NCBI GenBank assembly: GCA_002633005.1
Contig: NMRA01000085.1
Coordinates: 991,520 to 1,055,519, forward strand
Length of the DNA: 64,000 nucleotides
Reading direction: 5' to 3'
Source of the DNA: Phoronis australis
Lineage: Eukaryota > Animalia > Phoronida
Position numbers and translations under genes: made by a program. Positions 1-12,806 of this stretch are shown here, piece after piece. The notes under the pieces are model-generated. The model had not been told where the DNA came from, ran no database searches, and saw only the letters and a list, made by a program, of their open reading frames with translations. Position 1 is the first letter of the stretch. Each line of letters starts with the position of its first letter.

Positions 1-374
1 TGTTAACTCGTCCGTTAATGCTCGGAGCTTACCTGTTTTGGTAATACTTGAAGGTACATTATATACTGAGCATAAATAACTTGATGATCAAAATTTTTGT
101 TTAAATGAAATTCAACGTGATATCTCAAAACCGTTAAACTGTCTTTTTAATTTGTTTCATGCAACTGAAGTTCTTTTATTATAAGCCTCAAGTCATAATT
201 TTTCCCGAGGAAAAGTGAAACATTTTGAAAATAGTTCCTTGTAGCCTTTTGAAAAACAGTAATTTTTAGCCAAACTTTTATCACTACGTGTTAGACCCAG
301 TTTAGGCAGACATAACTGACGGCCCATTCCATTTTTAGATTTCAATAAATTCTGTTACCATAGTCTGTGATCTC

Positions 375-590
375 CTTGACTGTGCTTATTTCATTCTGCG
401 TTTTTGTTGGTTTTCATAAAAAGGCGATTCTTGATCAAAGAGTACTACACATAATATCAGATTACCTAAGGAATAGTCAAGACTTGACTGTGCTTATTTC
501 ATTCTGCGTTTTTGTTGGTTTTCATAAAAAGGCGATTCTTGATCAAAGAGTGCCGCACAAAATATCAGATTACCTAAGGAATAGTCAAGA
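375..590. repeat. Tandem duplication, 2 x ~108 bp
   Basis: cttgactgtgcttatttc...aaggaatagtcaaga occurs at 375 and again at 483 with few mismatches; this explains the repeated peptide in ORF 367..645. Confidence 0.9.
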
Positions 591-1948
591 GGTGGACATG
601 TTTGATTGTACTGAGAAGTCTCAATTAAGTTTGTGTACATTGTAATAGACTCGGCAACAATGCTAGCTTTCAAGTGAAATGTTTCACCAGGCCTCACCAT
701 AGTCTAGAAAGCTTGGTGGTCAGAGTCCCTGTTTTCAAGGCGTGGAATTTTCCTCTTTTAAGAAGTTTTCCTCTTGTTTGGATTCGATTTTTCTCTCATT
801 TGATTTCCAGTTTGTTCTTTTTCGTCTCTTTTTATCATTATTTTTAGTGTATTCATGTGAAAATGTTTATTTCAAGTAAATTTTACAACTTACAGAAAAA
901 ATATTTCTATCACACTAGCCTATTTATTTGTGTAACGATACATCACCTGGACATTTTTCCTCTTTTTGTCATTCCAAACTCTTGTATTCAGGAGATCATG
1001 GGTTAAATTCCTAAGTCGTCACTGGCATTTTTTACACTGGCAAGTAAAGCCTAGGTGTAATTAGGAAACATTGTTTTCCAGAATGAAATTTCACAATTAG
1101 ATGTGATATCTCCGTAAATGTGATTGAATGTGATTGAAGGTCTTAAGTTACTTTAAAAGCCTGAAACACGACCACGGTGACATAATTAAATATATTACTT
1201 CTTGGCAATCCAGTAATTAGAATCCTGGTATTGTTACTCTGGTTCAGTATCATTTCGCTAATCAGGCTGTGTGTTCTCGATACAGTAGTGGTGCTTAATT
1301 AACCGTCGACTCCTTTTTTGGTTAGGAGATTACTGTATTAGTGTTTTCTTTTTCAGCCGTGCAGGGTCATCTGGCGGTCACTGGCATTAGTTAACACATA
1401 TTTCAAAATACAAGTGACGTCAGTTAAGGTTTTGTACCACCTTGTGGCTAGTCTGAACATTTAGCCAAATATTTAGTATTTGTAAAACAATAGAAATTTA
1501 CTCGACTTGGCTTGGTAAAAGTTTACACTTTCTGAAAGAAATTCAATACTGCAGAGTTTGATTTTTTCTTTTGCGCCAAGAATGGGGTCATGTGACCATG
1601 TGCAGACGTACATTCATAGCTAAACAACAGAATCAATAATGTGTCCAAATTTCAAAAATGCTTTTACAGTCTTCTTAAAATATTTCTTCTCCATTTTATA
1701 CAAGTTTTGAGTTATCACTCGAGTCCTTTTTCATAGCCTCCATGCAAAAGTCGAACATTTTAAAACAATTTCTTGCAAGCTTTTAGAGACCAATGCATAG
1801 AACATAGCGTACGAGAGTTTCGTGTGAATCCAAACAGCCGTTTCTGAAACATAACGTTTTAATTTTATCTTAATTTGGAGGTTTTTCTGGAGTCATGCAT
1901 ACCCTTAAAATACTTTATGTTAAACTCGCTGTGTTGTTGGTCTTGCAG

Positions 1949-2131
1949 CCTGTTTACATCTTTGGCCAAAGTACAGCGTGTTGAAGCGAGGCACAATTTG
2001 TGGCAAAGATCACACGGTGCAGTTGACGACCGAGGCGGAGAGCCTCGTTCTGGCGACACACAGCGAGCGCTTCCGCGACATGTTTGTTTTCTATCTCCAG
2101 ACGCAAACCCAACTGCGAGACAACTTGATTC
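1949..2131 (+). CDS. Dok/IRS/FRS2-like docking protein, internal exon (C-terminal part of a PH-like domain)
   Basis: tcttgcag acceptor and c|gtgagt donor. Open frame CLHLWPKYSVLKRGTICGKDHTVQLTTEAESLVLATHSERFRDMFVFYLQTQTQLRDNLI, phase 1-1, in frame with the next exon. Upstream exons lie outside the window. Confidence 0.75.
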
Positions 2132-3032
2132 GTGAGTAAACGTGATTCTTTGTGTGCATAATTTGAAACTGTTAGTCAGTAAGGTGAAATTTTCATAATT
2201 TTCGAAGAAAAATGTTACTTATAAAGCACTAAATAATTTCATTGATTCGTGAGTGTAATTTCGTACTTACAATAGATTGAACATGCACACAATGTCGGTT
2301 ACTGTACTATAAATAACCATATTATAGACTAGGATAATGCTAAAATTTTTGCCCTTGATATCGGAAAGAAAATGTGATGGATACATGTAAACTATTTATT
2401 AGGAAAGCAGACGACAGAGTCACGAGTATGACACTGACCAGTACCCATTTCTGACGTTTTTAACATTGTATTATGTGGCCCAAGGTAGGAACTTCTTCAC
2501 GTGGCTGCATCTCCACCTAAACATCATTCAGAGGACGACTGCCGTCATTGACAGCGGAAAACTTTCTAGTTGCTAAAAGTACTCGGTTGTGTCTCATGAA
2601 TTACATCCACTGTCGTAAATAATTATTTCATGTCATCCAATGATGGCAATTCTTTTCTTAATCAATTTCCTCGTGAAATACTGTCACATGCAAAACAGTT
2701 TGGGTTACGAAAAATTGTGTTTGTTAGGTGCCATAGGATAATTGAATGCAAAAAATTACCTGCAATTTCTGTCACGGTGTGATTGTTTTGCAGAAGATAT
2801 TCAGTCATGGCTCAGGATATTATGCCAGGTGATGTAAAGAATACCGATTGTTTACCTGGGTAGCTATAACAATTTGTTTGTTACTTAATAGACCTTGGTA
2901 TTTCAATAAATCAGTATTTTCGTATCTTTAGCTGTAAGATGTGTGGCAAACAAAAACAACATCCCAGCATGTGTCAGGCTATAAATGTTGAAAACAGAAA
3001 AGATTCTTCACACGAGAAATTTTGGTTTTCAG

Positions 3033-3145
3033 TCGACTGTTTCAACGTGAGGCCGGAGGATTCAGAGGACCAGCGGAAGATTGGAGCTAGGGGGAGCCTG
3101 TGTCTACTGCACATCTCACAGTGGGGAGTCACGCTCTGCTTGTCG
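3033..3145 (+). CDS. Docking protein exon: N-terminal half of IRS-type PTB domain
   Basis: ttttcag acceptor and tcg|gtagga donor; LDCFNVRPEDSEDQRKIGARGSLCLLHISQWGVTLCLS; phase 1-0. Confidence 0.8.
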
Positions 3146-4159
3146 GTAGGACGTGTTTTTGAATAATTGGTTAGCAACTTTCACGGCAGTAGGCTGCAGA
3201 AATACATGGCTGAGATGTTAATTTTACAATGCAGTTCATATTAATTTCGATCTGTGCTTCTTTTATTAAAAATATAGTGGGTCAAGAAATTTCCTCTTAG
3301 TATTGTACAACTACTGCCAATATTTGTAACGCCTGGGACCATTTGTCGATGAATGAATCCACGCAGTGGATTAAATTGTCCAAATCCTCAGCATTTGAGG
3401 CAAGTTGTCCACCAGTTCACTATATGTGACTGGCCTCCTTTGGATGGAGCAGTCACCTATGCTTTGACTTACGTAACTACATGTTTGATGGTAATGCTGA
3501 CAATATGCTAGATGTATGTGCAAGCAGGTACGCCACACATCTTTAGTATTAGAAGTCTCCATTCACGACCTCCAATGGGTTTGCACATTTTCTGTTCTTG
3601 AAACGGGGCAGTGGTTAAAATATCATGAGTAACATATCTCCTTTCGTGATCTCATTCTGTAACTTAATAATTTAATAATACCTAACTATGGTGCAAAGAG
3701 CCAGTTGACGAGAAATAGGTATTTGTTGACCTTTTAAACGGAGGCGTCCAATATGCGGTATTCTTAATATCTCAGTAACCCTGACAGTCCACACTAACAA
3801 TGTGTTGTGTCATGAAAAAAATGGGAAATCACTGGATAGAACCGGTCTTTATTACACACTTTGCGGAAAGGTGTAAATGTAGTCATAATGACTTCAAAAT
3901 TTTGCAAAATATCTACCATATAAAGCAGTTTAATTGATTACTGACTACTCCAATTTTAGATGAATGTGGGATCAGAGGGCCCCCTTACCTGAGTAACTTA
4001 AGAGCAGATGGTAATTCCATATGTCCATCTCAGTTTTGGACCCAGTAAAACCTTTAACCCACTACGATGGTTTTATAAAGCCACTTGATAAGACTTTATA
4101 AGCCAACGAAAGATTGTCTTCATCTTTGGTCAAGCTGTCGAACACTTCACACGATGACC

Positions 4160-4390
4160 AGTATTGGCAGGATGTCGCTGGCACTCGAACTCGCCAAAAG
4201 TTTGCATTATGCAAATAATCGCCTGACGATATCTTCATCCATTTTTCCCTATGCGGATGCAACCCAGTCACCCACACTTCGTTTGCTGGTTGACCTCACT
4301 CCACCCGCTTCGCGTGAGCACGTGAACACCATCCCCAATGTAATTTCAACCCTCCTGCCTCAATATGTCCTAGAAGAATTAGAGCTATAA
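4160..4390 (-). mobile_element. pogo/Tigger-like (Tc1-mariner DDE_1) transposase C-terminal relic, left arm
   Basis: Minus strand reads F*DILRQEG*NYIGDGVHVLTRSG..TSKRSVGDWVASA*GKMDEDIVRRLFA*C, matching the pogo pattern PFKDxLRxxW...TxSG...WVxxAWxxIxxxIVxxSFxxC, with stops and a frameshift. Confidence 0.6.
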
Positions 4391-7257
4391 GCTTCAACAA
4401 AATGCAATCACACACATGCTGTGTACATCAATTTATTCAAGTGAAATAAACCCTAAAATTAACTAGTTCTGACTAATAATTTATGAATTAAGAGGTTGAT
4501 GCCACATTTACTAGTATGCGAGTCACACAAAACAGTCACGGTGTGTTCAAGCAAATTTCTTCAGCAAGAGTGTGGCCAACAGTTCTTTTTTTTCGGGTTT
4601 GATGCAGTACCAGATGAAAGCTTTTCACCTAAAAATTATGACAAAATATCGTTCCAGTTTGTTGTCGTTGGAAACCGAATCTGATTTGACATCGGGCACT
4701 AAATGTCATGAAAACGAAAACGATAACCGTCTGATTTCCTAAACGGTCAAGTACCATAGTAGTTCAATCTGTGATACAACTTCAACACAATGTGACAAGT
4801 ATCCTACTGAAAGGTGAGCACCAAAAATCACAAGTAAAACAGGATTAAGAACATAAGTTATATCTCACCAACAAAATTGATATTATATGCGTAAAGACTG
4901 CGTAATGGGACTGTGTCAGTTATTCGATTCGACAGTTTTCATTTAAACAGTATTATGTACCATCTGTGTTTGGAAAGCACGACCTCACACTTACAAGATG
5001 AGCAACAAAGTTGCTGTGCGATTCTCGGTGTCCAATAGAACTGATATTTGGTGCCTCCGCATGACTGCCTTGAATTTGTAGCAGTAAGAAGTTGCTATGT
5101 TCCGTTGTCAATTATCTTTATGCTGATCTACTTGGAAATAAAACCCCTTTTGGCAGCTGATAGTTACCATGATGGTTACCTGATGGTTACCATAACAACA
5201 AAATTAACTCTGTCGATGTTTTACATTAAAACGGCAGGAGATCCCAGCTGTGATATCTCTCTTTCTTTCTTATGACCACAGGGGTCTGTTTCATGAAAAG
5301 CTAATTAAGACAGAAATTTGGTCTTACGCTCCCACACAGTTGACCTATCGCCAGGATTTTGAGTGACGGCATAACTGACCAATCATAACGCAGCATTCTT
5401 GACACACCTTCGTTTCCAAGCCGCCATTTTACCCATCAAACATCACGTTGTCGGGTGAAACTTAGTGTTTCTTTGTTGACTGTTCGCAAGGGGGGCGGAG
5501 CTTTCGATAGGTCAATTGTGATTTGGGAGTGTAAGTCTTAAGTCACTGTCTTGAAAATTGTAAGTAATGAAATTCGCTCACACTGCAGTACTCTTCCGTG
5601 AAACATCATATCCCAGTTCATTTACTCAAAATTCGTGCCTTCTCAACTCGTGATGTAGGCTACGATTACAGTGCAGGGTGTTGTTACTACAAAATAAGAA
5701 TTTAATTTTACGTTATATTAATTATGTTTTTATAAACACAAAAAACATACAACAAAAGTAAACTACTTGAATGTCCAAACCAGTGCAAATTAAACAGTGC
5801 GGTCAAGTAAAGTTTGCCTTTTGCTTTACCGGAGAACTATCTTGTTTGCATTCAAATGCAGTCTGCAAAATATGCAAATTTAAAATAAATTTCCTCCCCA
5901 TTATAGGCACAAAGGTGGATGAAGAGTTGTCAAACATTGTTGCACTTTCAAAGTGCTTACCAAACTTCCTTACTGTATAGTTACCAGCTTTTGATTTGAC
6001 CGATCGGTCCCATTATATATACTCTAAGACATACGTTAAACATCTCTTCATCGGTCTTTGCGCCTGTAATGGGAAGGAAATTTATTTTTGCATATTTTGC
6101 ACTTGATATTTGAATTCAAACAAGATGGTTCCCCTTGACCACACCCATTGAATTCGCAGTAGATTAAAACATTAGTAGTTTACTTTTGTTGTGTGTGTTA
6201 TTATGTTCATACTGCATCACATTCAGATTCGTCAACTTAACAATAACACAAAGTTGTATTTCCCGTGGTCACATGAAAGGAAGATGAATATCTCAGCTGC
6301 GATCCCCTTCATTCTCATTAAATAAATCTGTCACACGTCAACGGAGTTTGTTGCTATGGTTACAACTATCAGCTAGAAAAAGGATTTCATTATCAAGCAG
6401 ATGAATAGAGAGATGACTGACGAAGAACATAGCATCTGTGAACTACTGCAAGTTCAATGAAGTCGGGCGTGGACATCAAATCTCAGTGCTATTGGACACC
6501 CAAAATTGAAGAGGAACGGATTTGTTGCTCATACTTAAGTGTACGAACGCATTTTTCAAGCACAAACCATAAATAATACTATTTAAATGAAAATTGGTGA
6601 ATCAAATTAATGGACTCTGTCACATTGTATCGTTTTCGTGCATGCAGTATCAATTTTGTTGGTTAGAGGTAACAAATGTTCGTATACTGTCCTGTCTAAC
6701 TTGTGATTTTCGGTGTTCATTTTTCAGTCAGTTACATGTCACTTTTTATTGATGCTGTATAATAAAGCTTGTACATAATGAACTGTTTAGGGTTCAAGGT
6801 TACCTTTTTCATGACATTTGGTTTTTATGCCAAACCTGTTTAAAATGGCCAAAAACTGTAACGTAATAATTTTTATATTAGTTACTTTTTAGTCGCAAAA
6901 GCTTTCAACTGGTTCTGTGTGACACTGAAAAGGAAAAAGAGAACTGTTGGACACACTGGTAATGGTCTGATATAATGTGCCCGAATTCTGAAAACCATTT
7001 TTTTCCAATGAATAACAAGCATGAAACTGGTTCTCAAAAAACAGGCACGTTATATAAGACTATTGCCAGTCACATCTGTATAACAAATTCGCTTGAACAC
7101 AATGGGGCTGTTCTAAGTATGTGACCGGCATTATTGTAGATTTACGTAATTTTTTTTAGAAATAAGTGGTCAGAACTAGTTAATTTTAGGGATTTATTTC
7201 ATTTGAATTACTTGCTGTACATAGTTCGTGTGTGATTGCATTTTGGCAAAGTATACA

Positions 7258-7495
7258 GCTCTAATTCCTCTAGGACGTATTGAGACAGGAGGATTGCAAT
7301 TACATCTGGGATGGTGTTCAGGAGCTCATGTGAAGCGGATGGAGTGACGTTCACCAGCAAACAAAGTGTGGGTGACTGGGTTGAGTCCGCATGGTGAAAA
7401 ATGGACGAAGATATCGTCAGGCGGTCATTCGCAGCATGCAAACTTTTGAAAAGTTTGAGTGCCAGTGACATCCTGCACTTGATAGCGTGTTCTGT
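7258..7495 (+). mobile_element. pogo/Tigger-like transposase C-terminal relic, right arm
   Basis: DVLRQEDCNYIWDGVQELM*SG / FTSKQSVGDWVESAW*KMDEDIVRRSFAACKLLKSLSASDILHLIAC. Confidence 0.65.
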
Positions 7496-8303
7496 CACTT
7501 GGCCAAAGATGAACTTGATCTATTTGCTGGATCATAGAGTCTTGTCACTTGGATCTTGTAAAACCATCATAGTGGGGTACAGTGGCCGGTTGCATGAAAC
7601 AAGCCCAAATACGCACTCGGCTAAGGCCCCTAAGTCTTTTTGCTTATTTGTGTCTTTATGGAGTCAAAGATGCAATATTTTTCTATCATTTCATTTTTGT
7701 TATGTCATTGAGCTCCTCTTTGATTAATCACATTTTCTAATAATATAATTAAAAACTGAGCCCAGAGATCATTGAAAATAAATATGGAGTCAGTCCTTAA
7801 ATGGGGGGTTTTGCATGAAAAGATTCCTAATTATTTTTGATAATATTAACAATTCGACGTAGAGTTCACTCTCGATTTGTATCAAAGGCAAAAGTTGACT
7901 AAGTAATGAAACTAAAACAAGTTTAACGCATTCCAAAATAATAGATTTGCACAGTGTCAAAAATTTTTTCGCTCAATTCAACTGAAAGTGGGTGCAATAG
8001 ATAGCTTTTGTAGTTGTGGCTTCATTTCAATGTTTACTTTGTCAAAATGAATTTTTACTTAGCTGTAATTAACATTCAAAAACTCACATTCCATGTGACA
8101 AATGGCATTTGTCACATGGAACATTACATTCTTACATGTGACATTTGAATGTTCCATGTGAGATTTTTTCAGTTGCGCCATGTTACAGTACAAATGGTAA
8201 ATGGCATTTTTGAGACTTTGTGAAAATCTGTGCAATCGATGTTTTCTCAAGTTCAAAAATACGCAGTAGATTTAGGGAACTTAGTTGAGTCCCTATTTGG
8301 GAC

Positions 8304-8763
8304 TAGAAAATGGACAATTGCCGCACAAATAAAGAAGTTCATGTTAATTCAGCGTTTCGTCTTATTCAACAAGACATCATCAGGATATATACAGTAGGAC
8401 AACAAGTGTCGATTATCATTCAAGTCATATCCATGAGGTGAAATGAGAGTGAGAGATACAGGGAAAGTAAGCGGGTCATAACCGTAGTAACAGGGTCACT
8501 GAGCTCTGCATGTTATTGAGAGAATCAGTAGCATGCTGATCCTCAATGGCCAATGACTCCTTAATATACAGTAATTCCTTAGCATGTTCTTTACAAATAA
8601 TACTAACTGAATTGGCTTGGTGGTTGTTGCTAATACAATGCCTATAAATGTTGCTTTTGTCGGATGCGTTGTGTTCATTCAGCCTGTCACAGAGGCGTCT
8701 CTGGGTGACGAAACATTGAGTTTACATGAACTTCTTTATTTGTGCGGCAATTGTCTGTTTTCT
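8304..8763. mobile_element. Penelope-like element remnant with inverted pseudo-LTR ends
   Basis: Perfect 32-bp inverted repeat (8313-8344 vs 8724-8755). Each arm is flanked internally by a stem-loop + CGAAAC motif typical of PLE pseudo-LTR hammerheads. Confidence 0.6.
8349..8385 (-). ncRNA. Minimal type-I hammerhead ribozyme-like motif
   Basis: Minus strand reads cCUGAUGA-u-gucuuguugaauaagac-GAAAcgcug, i.e. the conserved CUGANGA and GAAA boxes around stem II (gucuu/aagac). Stem III and the cleavage triplet look imperfect. Confidence 0.5.
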
Positions 8764-10030
8764 AATCGTACCTTGGTCAAAAAGTGATGTATTTGGGACT
8801 GTTTCGTGCAACCAGGCACTGGTTTTACAGAGTTCAAAATGGAGAGGGACGAATAGAATTAGTGTTACCGGTAAAGTGGCAGGCGGATTCCATTTTTACA
8901 CTGGGTAAAAGGCAGTAATTATTTAAATTGCTCAGTATCTAGTAAATGTTTTGCAAAATTTTGAAGTCATTATGTCTGCTTTGCATCTTTCTGCAAAGTG
9001 TGTAATAAACACTAGGGATGAGATGTTACACAAAAAGTTTCCGTTCGGTGCGGTCCGATACGCAGGTCTTTGGTTCAGTAAACTTAGGTTTGGTATGCAA
9101 ATCAAGATTCAGAATAAAAATTCATATATTTTGTTTTGAAACCGTGTATTTTAACAAATAAATTAGTTGGTTTAGTTATGTGATTGTGTTCTGTCTCGGC
9201 CCTAATACTGACTGATTCTATCCAGTGATTTCATATTTTTCTTTTCACGAAAAGTAGGCATTAACATAACTCAACAGATATCCACTTTTAAGTGTGGTCC
9301 GTCATGGTGGCTGAGGTATTAATAATTCTTTATTTTGAACGCCTTCGTTACACATTCAGCAAATACATATTACTGTCAATTTTGTCCTACTCTACAATGG
9401 TGAAGTATTAAATTTTTTGCTAGCAGAATGAGATTCCTAAAGGAGATATGCTCCGTGAGCTTTTTTTGCCAGTGGACATTTTTAAGAACAGACCCTGCTC
9501 ATACCAAGGCAGGTTGTGAACAGAGGCTAAGTATTGGGTATGTGCAGTATACCTGACTGCAAATACCTCTGACATTTTGTCAAAGAGTCTCTAAAAACAT
9601 GCAGTTACACAATTCAATGCTCAGGTGACTGATCAGTTTGTCTTTACCAAGATCCTAGAGAAGTCATACAAGTACAATGAACTACTGAACAACTTGCCTC
9701 AAATGTTGGCGATTCAGACAATTTAAGCTCCGTGTAACATTCATGGCGTGAATTTGTTCACTGACAAATGCTCTAAAGCTTTGCAAGTATTGGCAGTAGT
9801 GGTGCAATTAAACGTCGGAATTTCTTCACCTGTTAGTCCGTTGTTAATAAAAGACGCTGTGATGGGCGCACCCTCCCTTTGTGAATTATAAAGTTACAGC
9901 TTTGAGCCTTTTTTAGTTGAATCTACTTGTAGGGGTGTTCCATTACGTCACCCATATTTGAAACTTGTCCTCACACGCATTCTTTTGGTCTATAAAAAGC
10001 CGCGCACTAGTAGTTTTGGCCGGCTGTCAG

Positions 10031-11765
10031 AGGTCTGAAACCTGGATGCATTTTTATTCGCCCACATATTTATTTGTGGACGCATTATGCCGTCATCTCC
10101 GTCCGTCCGGCGTCCCTCCATCCGGCGTCCGTCCGGGGTCTGTCCGGCGTCTGCTGCTCTATCTCCAAAACTCTTTGACATACGTTCATGAAATTTAGCA
10201 CATATGTTCCTTTCATGAATGGGACGGCATGAGCGAACTTTCGGACGGTTCCGACCTCCGGTGTGCCCCCTAGTGGCAGTTTTTTACGCTTTCCTTTGTA
10301 TCTTCAAAAGTTCTTAACGGATTTTCATGAAATTTGGTAATATGTAGGCACCTATTAGTGAGATGACGCTATTCTCTCGTTTTTGGATGGATTCGATGTA
10401 TTTTGCGCCACCTAGTGGCTGTTTTTACTGTTTTCGAGTTTTTTTGCGTCCACCCCTCTATCAACCAAACCGCTCAAAGGATGATTGTGAAAATTGGCAT
10501 GTATGTTTTTACTATGAAGAGAATGGTTGACGATGATTTTCCGACGATTTCGACTACTGTGGCGCCTCCTAGTGGTAGTTTTTTCTTTTTTTGCGCCTAT
10601 GGCTGTATCTCCTAAACCGTTCGCATTATCCTTACGAAATTTAGTAAGTATATTTATATGATGTTAACAACAGACAACTAGTCTGCCACCTAGTGGCAAT
10701 TTTATTTTTTTACGTTTACCTCTGTAGTTTCAAAGGTCCTCATCGTATTTTCATGAAATTTGGCATATGGGCATCTATTAATGAGGTGTCGCTATCTCTC
10801 CGTTTTCAGATGAATTTGACGTAGTTTGCGCCACCTAGTGGCCATTTTTACTGTTTTCGAGTTTTTCGCGTCCACTAATGTATCAACCAAACCGTTTTCA
10901 AGATAATTGTGAAAATTGGCATGTATGTTTTTACTATGAAGTGGACAGCTGACGATGATTTTCTGACGACTTCGACTACTGGGGCGCCTCCTAGTGGCAG
11001 TTTTTTTTTGCGCTCATGGCCGTGTCTCCTAAACTGTTCGCAAGATCTTTACTTAATTTAGCAAGTGTATTTATATGATGTTGATTACGGATGACGACAA
11101 CTTTCGGACAGGTCTAACTACTGCTGTGCCCCCTAGTGGCAATTTTAGTTTTTTTACGTTTAACGCTGTATCTTCAAAGGTCCAAAACAGATTTTCATAA
11201 AATTTTGAATATAGGCATCTATTGGTGGGATAATGCTATCTTCCTGTTTTTTGGATGGAATCGAGGTATTTTGGGCCACCTAGTGGCCATTTTTGCTGTT
11301 TTCAAATCTTGTTTTTGGCGTCCACCCCTGTATCAACCAAATCATTTGAAAATCAGCATATATGTTCTCAGTGTGAAGACGACCTTTGATGATGGTGACT
11401 GATTACTGTGGCGCCTCCTAGTGGTAGTTTTGTTTTGTGCCCATAGTTGTATCTCCTAAACCCACTGCAGGATCTTAATTAAATTTAGTAAGTGTATTTA
11501 TATGTAGATAACAACAGACGACGACAACTTTCTGGCGGATCCAGTGGACACTGCCCACTAGTGGCAATTACATTTTATTATGTTTTGTTTTTTTCTCTGA
11601 AGTTCCTACATATTTTTATGAAATATGGCATTTTCCTGTTTTTGGATGGATTATATGTTTTTGCGCCATCTATTGGACATTTTTATGATACAAATAAATA
11701 ACCCTAAAAGCACACCATTTACAATGCATTCGGGGCGCATTTCAACGCTCCGCGTTGCTCTTGTT
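10031..11765 (+). mobile_element. Non-autonomous Helentron-associated (HINE/DINE-like) element with internal ~140-bp tandem array
   Basis: T-rich insertion site, 5' subTIR ttattcgccc, (ccgt)n-type microsatellite at 10099-10150, tandem subunits, 3' subTIR ggggcgcatt, terminal hairpin caacgc-tcc-gcgttg followed by ctcttgtt. The same 3' end recurs at 23380-23514 and 37134-37240. Confidence 0.7.
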
Positions 11766-12586
11766 AATCTGTTCAACTCTCCTTTTTCTCCCGCTTCTGG
11801 GTTTTCTGTTCCAGTACTTGAACTTCAAAACAAAATAATTGAGCATCTATCCGTCAGGTGGACACCGGCGGACATTCACAACACCTAAATACACAACGCT
11901 GCATATAACATCACCGCTACAATGCAAAGATCGAAATTAAAACCGAAGTTGACATAAATGGCATGTGTAAAATTGCCATCTCAGCCGTGTATTTTGAAGC
12001 CTGCTTCCACAAAAGTCGCAAACTAATTATTTGAAAGCGTGTGTCTGAAAGATCGTGCATCATCCACTTGAGTGGCGGGGGGGCATCGTGAAATGCGTGT
12101 TGTCAATCACTATCAGGTTCACTGTTCATCTATTGTCAGTGGCCCCAGTCAGAAGCTCCAGAGTGTTACATCTTCAACTAAGCACCCACGGTCAATATTT
12201 GGGCAATCGTATGTCACCAAGATTTTAAAATTTCATGATTAAGCATCATGATATTTTAGGTTTTGTGTGTCTCCGTAGTGGTGCACTCTATTCTGTTTCT
12301 TAGATCAGCCATAAGCAATCGTTTTGTTGTCGCTAGTACGTGTCTTTATGATAATTTTTAACCATTCTTGAAATACGATCACATGCGCGGTCTGTGATGA
12401 CTAACATTCGTCAAGTTACGATCACCTCAGTATCATGAACAGTCTGACTGGTATTTCTAAATTACCAACGGTTGAGAAACGTAATTATTTTTTCGTGGTC
12501 GTAATCTAAAGACATTACCGTCGGTATTTTCTTCTTGTTCACAACAGAAAAGCAACTTTTGAGTCAAGTAACATTCTAATATGAAA

Positions 12587-12806
12587 TTGGTCTCAAGTTA
12601 TTCCTAGTTAGTCAAATTGAGGATGATTTCATGGCTGCAAAAGAACTGACAGTGTTGTTCATTGCTAGACACTAGGCTTTTAAAGTTAGCTTGTCACAAA
12701 ATACTGTTATTCTATACGCAGAGCGTGGTCTTAAAGAATAACTATCTGTCAGTTCTGTCAACAACAGAACTCATTTCTCATCTTAGCTAGGAACAAGTTG
12801 AGACCA
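12587..12806. mobile_element. Degenerate MITE-like inverted repeat
   Basis: tggtctcaagttattcctagttag ... cttagctaggaacaagttgagacca outer arms and agaactgacag / ctgtcagttct inner arms. Confidence 0.5.

Larger units (their letters stand above)
4058..7576. repeat. Large degenerate inverted duplication (fold-back), arms ~4058-5930 and ~6040-7576
   Basis: ORF 4085..4390(+) and ORF 7208..7498(-) are clearly homologous. The inner ends (5838-5930 vs 6040-6128) and outer ends (cccactacgatggtttta / taaaaccatcatagtggg) are reverse complements. Confidence 0.85.

Noticed and set aside
4085-4390. Duplicated 101-aa and 96-aa ORFs as a small gene family
   Set aside because: They are antisense readings of pogo transposase relics in the two arms of an inverted duplication.
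10263-11677. CRISPR-like array (conserved motif with regular spacing)
   Set aside because: Eukaryotic context, no cas genes, and the intervening sequences are homologous to each other (tandem repeat, not unique spacers).
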